A stretch of DNA of 62,988 nucleotides, filler included, from Atractiella rhizophila (lineage: Eukaryota), in assembly GCA_021432655.1 (NCBI GenBank). It is 2 parts of one record of this genome, joined end to end, with 100 filler letters (N's around TTAATTAATTAA, not from the genome) between each part and the next. Parts side by side here need not be neighbours in the genome. Positions count along the whole stretch, not along the records: positions 31,993 to 62,988 come from MU271311.1; 1 more part is not named here. One strand, 5' to 3'. Shown piece by piece: positions 52,837 to 62,988 of the stretch (the stretch's first letter is position 1; each line of letters starts with the position of its first letter). A model generated the notes under the pieces. That model was not told the DNA's origin and ran no database searches. It worked only from the letters and a program-made list of their open reading frames with translations. Both the position numbers and the translations under genes were made by a program.

Positions 52837-55800
52837 ATGCCTTCGTCTCCTCACTCCGTCCGCCCGCTCTACTCCTCCCCCGCAGGCCTCTCCACCCTCC
52901 TCCACGTCGACGGCCTCTCCATCCTCCTCGACTGCGGCGCCTCCCCCCTCCCCAGCACCCTCAGCCTTCTCGCCCACCTCGCGCCAACTCTCCACCTCGT
53001 CCTCCTCTCCCAGCCCACCCTCGACTGCATAGGCCTCTATCCGTATCTGTGGAAGAATGGACTGAGGTGTCACGTGTATGCCACCCTCCCAACGAAGGAG
53101 ATGGGCAGGTGGGCTCTCGAAGAACGGGTGGAGTGGAAGAGGGAGGAGGAGGGAGAGAAGGCGGGGGAGTTGGGTGTTGAGGATGTGAGACAGGCGATGG
53201 CGGATGTGGTGGAGGTCAAGTATGGTCAACCTATTCATGTTGGAGGTGGTAAGCCTTTCACTTATGATGTTCGGCGCGGCAGTAATGTATTTTGTTCTGG
53301 GGCGCCGAAAAAGGAAAGGGAAAGCCGCCAGTCACTCTCGTCGCTCTTCCTAGCGGTCACACTCTCGGAGGGAGCATATTCGCCATTCGTTCGCCTGCTG
53401 AACCTTCACCATCATCCTCTGTCGTCTATGCACCTTTCCTGAACCACATCAAAGAACGTCTACTGGACTCTTCAGGACTAGTAGTAGTACGTTCTTCCTG
53501 CATTAAACTTGAGATAAAACTGGTTTATTTATTGATGTTGGTATGTAGAATGGATGGATACCCGAAAACGTGAGGAGATGCGGCGTTCTCGTCACAGCAG
53601 CAGAGCGAGGTATGATCCACAACATGAGGCGGAAAGATCGGGACAGGTTATTCGTCGGTTCGTCCCCCTCCTCCCACCATGTATCCTCTTGTACATCTGC
53701 AATGTATCTCGTTCTCCAACTAACTTGACTCCTTGCCCTTTGCATGCGCCTCGATCGTGTGTTTGTGAGCGCAGAAGCCATCGACCATACGCTCCAGTCT
53801 TACCATTCCGTCCTTATCCCCACCGATCCTTCGGCGAGGCTTTTGGAGATCCTTACCCTACTCGAACAACATTGGACGTACCGTTATTCGTCAGCTCACG
53901 CCGTTCGTCCTTCCACCCCACTCCAAACCATCTCTCCTCATCTACTGAACCTCGGAAATAGGTACCACCTTTGTGTTTGGTCACAAAGACGGGAAAGGAT
54001 GTGCTCACCTTCATCCGATCCTTGACAGCATGGATGGGTGGACTGGTGGTCAGCCATTCAGGGGTTTCGCAAGCTACGAAGGAGGGCGAGATGGAGGGAG
54101 GAGAAGAAGGGTCCGATTCCGTGTTACGATTCAAGTGCGTTTTTCCATTTCCTCCTATCCCTCGCTCAACGTGTTGAGTGTGTCATCTTTGTTCGTCGTC
54201 GGCACAGGAACTTGAAGCACTTCTCTTCCCTCGAAGCCCTCCGTGCCGCCATACCCGATACGACCCCCAAATGCGTCCTCACCGTCTCCACCGACATATC
54301 TTACGGTCCATCACGCAACTTTCTCGCCGACACTCCCTTCGCTTCCATCTCCGGCAACCTCCTCCTCTTTCCCTCTCTCCCCTCTCCATCTACGCTCGGT
54401 CGGGAAATATTCGATTACTGGAACTCGGCCCAGGGAGGGAAGAACCGGTGGGGTGGTGGCAGGGCAGGGAAGGAGGTGGATGCACAGTTGAATTTACCGG
54501 TGGAGATTGGGAGGAAGAAGATACTTGAAGGAGAGGAGTTGAGGGCTTTTATGGATGCGAAGGAGAGGGAGAGGGAGAAGGGAGAGAAGGATAGAGCGAG
54601 GGAGGAGAGGAAGAGGAAAATTTTGGAGGCTGAGGATGACGATGAGAGCGAAGAGGAGGACGAGGATGAGGATGATGAGGAGGGTGGGAAGGAGGAGGTG
54701 GCGGATAGGATGATTGTGGATGAGGAAGAGGAAACGAAGGAGAAGAACTTCGATATTTATATTCGTCCGGATCGGAAGAAGAGAGTCAACCTCCTCAGGG
54801 AAGCCATGAAGCTTTATATTTCCGGCAACATCCAGGCGGCGGAGCAGCTACAGTCTTTGGCGTACCAGAAGTTTAGGATGTTCCCCCTCATATCGACGAA
54901 GAGAAAGGTGGACTCGTATGGTGAGACTGTGGATGTGGAGGAGTGGATGAGGAGAGGGAAAGAGGAGGAGGTGAGGGGAGCGGAGGAGAAGGAGCGAGAG
55001 GATGCGATGAGCGGGAAACGCGTCAAGAAGTCAGAGGAGAAAGAGGTGCGCGTTTACCTGACCTTTTTTACAGCGGCAAAGAAGATGACTGATGCACCTG
55101 TTGATGTCTGTAGCAAGAAAAAGGGGAACCGCCGCATAAATTCATTAAGGAGGAAAAGAAGATCGAGATGCCATGTAGCATTCTGGCTGTCGATATGGAG
55201 GGAAAGACGGATGGACCTGCTCTAAAGGCTATCATCCCTCAAATCAATCCGAAACAATTGGTACCTCTCCTTCCTTCTATATCGAACATCTGCTGATGTT
55301 TGGATTAGGTTCTCATCCATGGAGATCCTCCTTCTCTCACCGAGCTTGGGGAGTCAGTGCGAAGCTCGCCTGCTATGAGTGGGGAGATTTTTGTGCCAAA
55401 GGAAGGAGAGGAGATTGGTGTTGGCGAAAAGATGGACAGCTTGAATATTCGTCTATCCGACACATTATTAAATGGTATCAAACTGTCAAAGGTCCGTTTA
55501 TTTCTTCCTTATGTGACATAAACATTTTTACTGATAGGAGGAGCAGATAAACGACGACTACGAAATTGCCCACTTGACGGGGCAAATCACCCACTCAGAT
55601 TCCTCGTCTGTGCCGGTCCTCTCCCGCCTCTCCTTCAACCCCACAGCCGCAAATGGGAGCGATGCCTCCACCTCATTATTCCACAAGCTCCTCGCCTCTT
55701 CAACTCAAGAACAAGGGAAACGCGTCAAGAAGTCGGAGGAGAAAGAGGTGCGCGTTTTACCTAACCTTTTCTACAGCGGCAAAGAAGATGACTGATGCAC

Positions 55801-56720
55801 CTGTTGATGGCTGTAGCAAGAAAAAGGTGAACCGCCGCATAAATTCATTAAGGAGGAAAAGAAGGTGGAGATGCGATGTAGCATTCTGGCTGTCGATATG
55901 GAGGGAAAGACGGACGGACCTGCGCTAAAGGCTATCATCCCTCAAATCAATCCGAAACAATTGGTACCTCTCTCTTGTATATTGAACATCTGCTGATGTT
56001 TGAATTAGGTTCTCATCCATGGAGATTCGTCCTCTCTCACCGAACTTGGGGAGTCAGTGCGAAGCTCGCCGGCTATGAGTGGGGAGATCTTTGTGCCAAG
56101 GGAAGGAGAGGAGATTGGTGTTGGCGAAAAGATGGATAGCTTGAACATTCGTCTATCCGACACATTATTAAATGGAATCAAACTGTCAAAGGTGCGTTTA
56201 TTTCTTCCCTATGTAACATAACCATTTTTACTGATGGGAGGAGCAGATAAACGACGACTACGAAATTGCCCATCTGACCGGGCAAATCACCCACTCAGAT
56301 TCCTCGTCTGTGCCAGTCCTCTCCCGCCTCTCCTTCAATCCCACCACCGCAAATGGGAGCGATGCCTCCACCTCATTATTCCACAAGCTCCTCGCCTCTT
56401 CAACTCAAGAACAAGGCGACGGTGGAGCCATCTATCCCGACCCGGATGATCCAACGATCAAAATTCTCCCGCCTCTTAACCGCACCACCCATTTCATTGG
56501 TGATATGAAGCTGGCTGAGCTCAAGAACCGTCTGGCGGAACGGAGGATACACGCTGAGTTTGCCGGTGGTGGCACACTTGTGTGTGGCGGTTCGAAGGGT
56601 GCGGCTGAGGTCGCGGTGATGAAAGGGCAGGGAGGAGAAGTTCTGATTGAGGGAGCTGTGGGAGAAACTTATTTCACTGTGAGGAGTGAGGTTTACAAGT
56701 TGCATGCAAGAGCTGGTTAA
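52837..56720 (+). CDS. CFT2: CPSF subunit 2 (CPSF100/Cft2), containing an internal tandem duplication
   Basis: ILLDCG, VYATLP, SGHTLGG, NHIKERLLD, VLIPTDPSARLLE, FRMFP..DSYGE, DMEGKTDG..IIPQINPKQLVLIHG and FIGDMKLAELK..AEFAGGGTLVC. Confidence 0.9.
55013..56416 (+). repeat. Diverged tandem duplication, 702-bp period, within CFT2
   Basis: 55013-55716 resembles 55715-56416 with many substitutions and small intronic indels; GG microhomology at the junction. Confidence 0.95.
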
Positions 56721-57007
56721 TATTGTAGTATAATATCCGCTCGGCTGCAATTTCTTCACCTGAATACAGCCTTGATCTAACGCAAGATATAAGCTAAAAT
56801 CTTTATAACATTTTAGAGCGGATTGGATTCAGAACCGATGGTCACGTGCACGACAAAAACGCGATGTCGCGTCCATTTATCATGATATCATCTATGAACT
56901 CATCTTGCTTCATCCGCTTCTTTATAAAAGCCCTGCCGCCGCCCTACTCTCCCCTGAAGAATCGGTTTCAAATAAGGAAGAAAGTTAAGCAGCCAAGCAC
57001 TGTGCCA

Positions 57008-58099
57008 ATGTCTGCCAGTACCCCAATCTCTTTTGCAACATGCTCGATAGGGAACAACCCATCGCATACCTTGCCGAAGAAGCTCGATGCCATTTCCTCA
57101 GCCGGTTTCGCCGCCATCGAGCTCTCCATGCCTGACATACTCACCTTTGGCTCTCAACATCTGGGGAAGAAAGTAAGCGAGAAAGATTGGGAAGAGTTGT
57201 GCGCGACGGCTAGAGAGATCAAGAGGATGACGGATGAAAGAGGACTGGACATTCTGATGTTGCAGCCATTCGCGAACTTCGAGGGATGGCAAGAGGGATC
57301 GGAAGAGAGGAAGGACGCGTTTGAGAGAGCGAGAGGGTGGATAGCAATCATGGAAGCATGCGGGACAGATATGTTGCAGGTGCGTTCCTCCATGATCCTT
57401 CACACCAGCAGAAGCCATCCTCAAAAACCTGTTCAGGTCGGATCTTCAGATTCTCCCGCATCCAAAATTGGCATGGATCGAAATCGCTTCGTCTCCGACC
57501 TTCGACAGTTGGCGGATCTGCTAGCTGAAAAGAACTTTCGAATGTGCTACGAGAATTGGTGTTGGTCCACACACGCTCCGGGTTGGAAGGATGTTTGGGA
57601 CATCGTCCAAAAGGTGGATAGACCCAACGTGGGTCTTTGTCTCGATACCTTCCAAACGGCAGGTGGGGAATGGGGAGATCCCACAACGGCTTCAGGCGTT
57701 CGAGAAGACGTCTCGAAGGAAGAACTGGAGGAACGGTTTTCGACCAGCTTACAGGAACTTGGTCGAACGATACCAAAGGAGAAAATCTACTTGCTTCAGA
57801 TTTCAGACGCGTATAAACCCAAAGAGCCATTCAGCGACTCTGCAGACGAGGCAGGTCTGCGTCCGAGGGGGAGGTGGAGCCACGATTTCAGACCGTTGCC
57901 TTTTGATGGAGGCTATCTGCCAGTGGTGGAGGTCACAAAGGCTGTCATGCAGACTGGTTTCCGTGGATGGTTCTCGTATGAAGTATTTGATGGCAGAGAA
58001 GATGGGAAGGGGAAGGAATACGATCTGAAGGAGTACGCACAGAAGGCCAAGGATGCTCATTTGAAGTTGATGGATGCTGTTCGCGGGAGTGGGGTCTAA
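57008..58099 (+). CDS. Xylose-isomerase-like/AP-endonuclease-2 TIM barrel, 3-dehydroshikimate dehydratase (QutC/Qa-4)-like
   Basis: KLDAISSAGFAAIEL, MLQPFANFEG, YENWCWSTH, VDRPNVGLCLDTFQ, LQISDA, WSHDFRPLP and GWFSYEVF; one in-frame 57-nt intron (about 57380-57436). Confidence 0.85.
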   Translation: MSASTPISFATCSIGNNPSHTLPKKLDAISSAGFAAIELSMPDILTFGSQHLGKKVSEKDWEELCATAREIKRMTDERGLDILMLQPFANFEGWQEGSEERKDAFERARGWIAIMEACGTDMLQVRSSMILHTSRSHPQKPVQVGSSDSPASKIGMDRNRFVSDLRQLADLLAEKNFRMCYENWCWSTHAPGWKDVWDIVQKVDRPNVGLCLDTFQTAGGEWGDPTTASGVREDVSKEELEERFSTSLQELGRTIPKEKIYLLQISDAYKPKEPFSDSADEAGLRPRGRWSHDFRPLPFDGGYLPVVEVTKAVMQTGFRGWFSYEVFDGREDGKGKEYDLKEYAQKAKDAHLKLMDAVRGSGV

Positions 58100-58372
58100 A
58101 ATGAATTGATGCATCTCAGGCCCTAGTGCATGCAGATTCATGGCTGCAAGATCATTTCAGTAGGTACGCGTCAATGCGGTCAAACTCGCAGCGACATTTT
58201 CGGGCAGACGAGTGCTAGATCGATGACTTTTCCAATCCTCCTGCACCCAAAGAACAAATACAAGGGGGGGCTGTTCATGGATCAATGGGTTGCATTTAGA
58301 ATGGAGGGGAGACTCACATCCGAACCTCCCTTTCAAACCTTCTCCCATTCCAAATAATCACCTTAACGAAAC

Positions 58373-59875
58373 TCATAGCGTCCTCTGTGCAAACCTATCC
58401 ATCGCCCTGCCGATACGTGACACAACAAAGGACACATCAGCATCGCCTACCCGATCTCTAGACTTCCACACTCACAATTCCACCTCCTTCGACATCTCCT
58501 CCGCATCCCTCATAAACTCCGTCTTCCTCCTATTAAACATGACAGAATTGGCAGTCATGAGCAGGAGATCCCTCCTAAGTTCGTCGGGCGAAGTGATCCC
58601 TCCCTCTTTCACCTTCTTCGTGATAGTCTTCAAATCAGTAGGTCGGTGAATGACCGAATAGTAATTCGGCGCTTCCGTCCGTTTCACCGGTAGGTGGAAG
58701 ATGTGGGAGGCGGAGGGGAGCAATAGGGAGCGACAGAGAGACTCGAGCGATTTTTGGAGCGTCGCTGTGTCACGCCTAGTTTAGCTTTCCGTGTTCTCAA
58801 TGGGAAACGATGGTAGGGACACGCACGATCTGTTGCCGTTCCTGTCCCTATTGTTGAGCTTGATGGACCGCTGAGGGCGGGAGAGAGCACTTCGTCCGCT
58901 TTTGGTTTCTTCACCGACCTTTCATCCGCTTCTGAAGTCGCTCGTCGTTTCTTCTTGTTTCCGCCTATTCGCATCCATCAGAGGAGCACATATCGCACGC
59001 GACAGGGCAGCATTTCAACCGTTCCATAGCTTATTGAGTGCTAAAGGAGCAACTGTGCACGCCAACCCGCTTTCCTAGCATGAAGAAAAACGCACCAACC
59101 TTCCCCTTCCTCTTGAACCCCACACTTGGACTCCCACCTTCCTCTTCTGCCGCGTCTTCCTCCTCCATACCACCAACGCTGGGACTCGCCACGCTCACGC
59201 TCGGTGCTGGAGTGGTGGCGGTTGTGGATTCGCGTTTCTTCTGCTGCTTCTTTTCCTTCTTCGCTGTCGTCGTAGTGTTGATCATGTTGGCGTTCGCGTT
59301 GGCGGTGGTGGGAAGAGCAGCAGCGGGGAGAGCAGCGATCTCGATTATGTCTGGTGAAGGTTTGGGATTGGAGAATGTAGGCTGCACGATTTCCTTCCCT
59401 TCCCTTCCACCTCCACTCACACCCAACTGTTCGAGCGGGACGGCTCTGTTTTTGTTCCTTTTCGCCAACTCCTGTCGTATGGCCTCATCGTTCCTCCCGA
59501 ACCTGATAGCATCTATCCTCTTGACCGACACCTCGAACTCGGTCTCCTGAGCCTTGATCAAGTCCTTCAACGCTCCACCATCCTCTTCGAATAGTACATC
59601 CTGCTCATGAGCAGGAACGGCTTGGACTTGGGACCCAAATCTTCATCTTTCAGGAGGGAGAAGTCGTAGCCGACTTCGGAGAGGAGCGCTTGGAGGGTGG
59701 AGGATAGGAAGGTGGGGGTCCAGAGCGCGCCTTTTGCGTTTGCGGTGAGGAGGGGATGGTTGTGCAGCAGGGGGAGGAGAACACTGGGCTTGTTGCCGTG
59801 TGCGTACAGGAGTTGGGAAAGCAGGAGCTTATCTCTGATCTCCAGCGGGCTGCGCTGAGTTGCTGGGGCTGCCAT
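58373..59875 (-). CDS. Bromodomain protein, Brd8-like; apparent 1-bp frameshift near 59570
   Basis: N-terminal LLLSQLLY..HPLL plus coiled coil; C-terminal bromodomain IFHLPVK..APNYYSVIHRPTDLKTI..RDLLLMTANSVMFN. Confidence 0.8.
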
Positions 59876-60336
59876 ACCTTCGTATTGATATTGGGTTTGC
59901 TCTCCACTCAAGGGAAGTTGTCCTCAGTTGGTTGATGATGATGATCTGATGATGCACAGCATTGATTCGCCTGAGGATGTTAAACACTGCTTGAAGGACA
60001 CCACGGAGTAGCCTAAACACAGTACTTGTGCAATAAGTCGTGTTTTCATCTATCTGCTATGCGAAAACGTCTCCAGTCCGAATCGTGGAACGTGACATCT
60101 ATGCACTGCAGTGGCATAGATCCGAGACGATCCAAATATGGGCTTTGGCAGCCTTGATTCCGAGTTATCGCTGAAGCTACGAGATGGAAGAAACTACTTG
60201 GGAAAGTAGGTCATTTTGCAGTAAATTCGTGATCTCAAACGCCAATCCAAGATTCGCAGCCCCAAAAAACGAAAAGCTGGCGAGAATCCGGTTCCGCACA
60301 TTGTGTTCAAGGTTAATTGCACTCAATGCATGGAAT

Positions 60337-60555
60337 NNNNNNNNNNNNNNNNNNNNNNNNNNNNNNNNNNNNNNNNNNNNNNNNNNNNNNNNNNNNNNNN
60401 NNNNNNNNNNNNNNNNNNNNNNNNNNNNNNNNNNNNNNNNNNNNNNNNNNNNNNNNNNNNNNNNNNNNNNNNNNNNNNNNNNNNNNNNNNNNNNNNNNNN
60501 NNNNNNNNNNNNNNNNNNNNNNNNNNNNNNNNNNNNNNNNNNNNNNNNNNNNNNN
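60337..60555. other. Assembly gap (N run)
   Basis: Run of Ns. Confidence 0.98.
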
Positions 60556-60958
60556 CGATAACATCGACAAACACGCCTAACCTTATCTCGCGTAAATCCT
60601 CGCGAAATGGCTGGTCCAAACATTCCTTTGTCTTTGAGTTGCTTGGACCTTCTTTTCATCGTCCACTCCCCCTTATAACCCATCTCCCTTCTTCCTCCTT
60701 CTTTTTCTCTTCATCATCCTCTTTTTCCGTTAATTTACGTGCCTTAATTATCAATATTGCTTATCCAGCGCTTCCCGCTTTCCTTTGTTCCTGAGAACGC
60801 TGCCCCTTTCCCACTTTCTTCTTCGCTTGTACCTTGTTTTCAGCTGAAACCATCTTTGCAACCAACCCACCACCCCAGCATCTTCTTGATTATCTCGCAC
60901 TTTTGATTTGCTTGATTATACGTTGCTTTGCTTCGTTTTATGTTGAAGAAAGCAGAGC

Positions 60959-62988
60959 ATGGATTGCTTCGAAATTCGTCAATCTTTTGCGCCACGTCCA
61001 CAAACGGATTCGGAGATCGAGATGGAAGAGGATCCGTTCGAACTTGAGGAAGAGGAAGAGGTATTGTTGCTGAATGAAGCTGGAGAAGGAGTCGGAGAGG
61101 TGAGGGCTTTCTACTATTCTGTTGTTGTTGGGGATCGAAGTTTTGATGTGCTGGTATAGGAGGAAGAATTTTGGACATCTATGAGAGAGAAGGCAGAAAG
61201 GGATCAGACGAGGTGCAATCGATTCGAAAGGGCTCAGGTCCGTTTTCTTTCTCCTTGCCTCGAATAACTTTGTTCCTTATACAAGCAGCGTGTGCAGGCT
61301 CCCGATCACCACTTCTTCATATTGGCACCGAAGGCATCCACTGAATCCTTACAGAAACAGAAACGTCAGGACGAAGAATCGAATCACCTCGCGCCACCAC
61401 CGGCTTCCGCTGAAGATCGTAGCTTCATATCATCCTCAGAAGACCCTGAGGAGGAACTTGTGAGGCCGATGAGTCGGAATGCATTTTACCTTGATGAGGA
61501 TGACAATGATCAAAACGAACCGGAAGTGAGTACTTCTCCGTTCCTTCAGAGCAGAAACTGAGAGTGTAATACGAAGGCTGCTCTCAGAGAAGCATTGGAC
61601 GAGTCGAGTCTGTGCCATTCCAATGTGGCTCAGGTCACAGTCCATGCCTCCCACCTTTCTTTGACCTCTCCTATACCTCTGCAGGAGGGAACGGGCCGAA
61701 GGAGCATGGAGAAGAAGATGGTGCCGCTTGAAAGGAGGGATTCAGGTTATGCAGAATGTTTGGACGTGCGTCCCAACCTTCACTTAGCTTTCTTGAACTT
61801 GGATCTAAATTTTCTTCACTCTTTATTAGGAGCAGGAGAAAGCGGAAATAAATGGAACAGCATCAGTAGGTCTCCTATTTTTCGGGTTCTCCCTCCTCAT
61901 CTTTTGACCTTTGTGTCCTTTGTGCCTTGTTGACGGAGCGCTGATGTCCACGTGTCTAGGACGAAGAGAATACTATCATGGGATCGTCCTCCTCTGATGG
62001 ATCAAATAATAGCGATGAGGGTGCAACAACTATCTCGCCCATCTCGTCCGCGTCTTCGTTGCCAGAAGAAGTGGAGGAAGAGGAGGAGAAAATATGGATG
62101 ATTAGGGAACCGAGATCCCCTTCGAGCCACTTCTCCGATTCATCCGATGACGAAGACGAAGAGGAAGGGAGCGAAGATGAAGACGATGAGGACCAGGAGG
62201 GCGAAGAGGAAGAGGAGGAGGGAGAGGAGATAGATATTTTCTCTGATCCAAACGCTGTCAACTTTCCCCTCCCGCCACCGCGCACTCCATCTGTACCATC
62301 CTCTCCCTCTTCTATATACTCCCAACACGATACCAGTTCTATGGACGACGTCACAGGATACATCCCCATCTTCATTCCCACTGTCTTCCCCCCACCGACT
62401 CGACACCAGCCCCTCCCGCTCTCTCACCTAAATCGCGTGCCGCAATCCGCACCGATTTCAATGCGCTCCCTTTACATTAGAGACGGCAAGACCTTCCACC
62501 CTCTTACGAGCTTCGCGCCGTATTCTCCTCTCCTGCCCCCGGCGAGGAGCCCCAAAGGATACGTCCCTCCAGGACCACCAGACCAGCTCACGATGAGGTT
62601 GGAAACGATGGCCCACACGGAAAATTCGAGGAACGTTTGTTTGCGTCGTGCTGTACTGAACACCGCTGCACTCTCGTTCCTTTGCTCCTCCCTCCGATCG
62701 AAGAAAATCGAGTTCTTGGGACAGCAGGCCTACGTCGAAACTTTACTTGATTTACCCTTTGGTTCTCCAGGGAGAGCGAGGGTGACGGAGGAACTTGTGG
62801 AGTTGAGGAGGGCGAAGAAGGAGTTTGAGTTTGCGAAAGACAGGAAGGAGGGGTTCTGCGTGCTCGTTCAGAGGTGGGCGGCGGCGAGAGCGGATAAGGA
62901 GAGGAGGGCGAAGGAGGAGAGGACGAGGAGAGCGATCGCGAGATCGATCGCCTTAGAAGAGGCGAGATTGGAAGCTGAATGGGAGAGA
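60959..62988 (+). CDS. Hypothetical acidic/Pro-rich protein with C-terminal coiled coil; runs off the window
   Basis: Exons flanked by GT..AG introns; long open last exon from about 61960 with an E/D-rich tract, a Pro-rich region and a helical tail. Confidence 0.6.

Noticed and set aside
61956..62427. Ser-rich minus-strand ORFs, and similar antisense ORFs across the window
   Set aside because: Shadows of acidic or purine-rich coding sequence on the opposite strand.

Overview
Gene-dense, intron-rich fungal genomic DNA. Short GT-AG introns, micro-exons and the gene content point to a basidiomycete; the species cannot be determined from the sequence. About 28 spliced genes or gene fragments are recognisable: CSN4, a Ras-like pseudogene, two paralogous small Zn2Cys6 genes, a Prm10/ThrE-like protein, GH128, two MFS transporters, an amidohydrolase, DUF1399, PAQR/Izh, Rsm23/DAP3, Pex5, Vps74, Coa6, two tandem EthD-like genes, a P450, a C2H2 protein, an arylsulfatase, Crd1, Cft2/CPSF100, a QutC-like TIM barrel and a Brd8-like bromodomain protein. 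There are two assembly gaps. Most striking oddities: (1) 469 bp next to the first gap (31993-32461) is coding only when read backwards without complementing, and then joins PEX5 in frame, almost certainly a processing artefact; (2) a chimeric locus fusing an intron-containing Tra1 FAT-domain fragment to a near-identical copy of CSN4; (3) an in-frame, diverged 702-bp tandem duplication inside CFT2; (4) a possibly domesticated Mutator-type WRKY/GCM1-like gene; (5) a 701-nt structured intron in VPS74. All gene models and family calls were made by eye from motif recognition; no searches were run. Several single-base frameshifts may be assembly errors. No new biological system can be established from this window alone.
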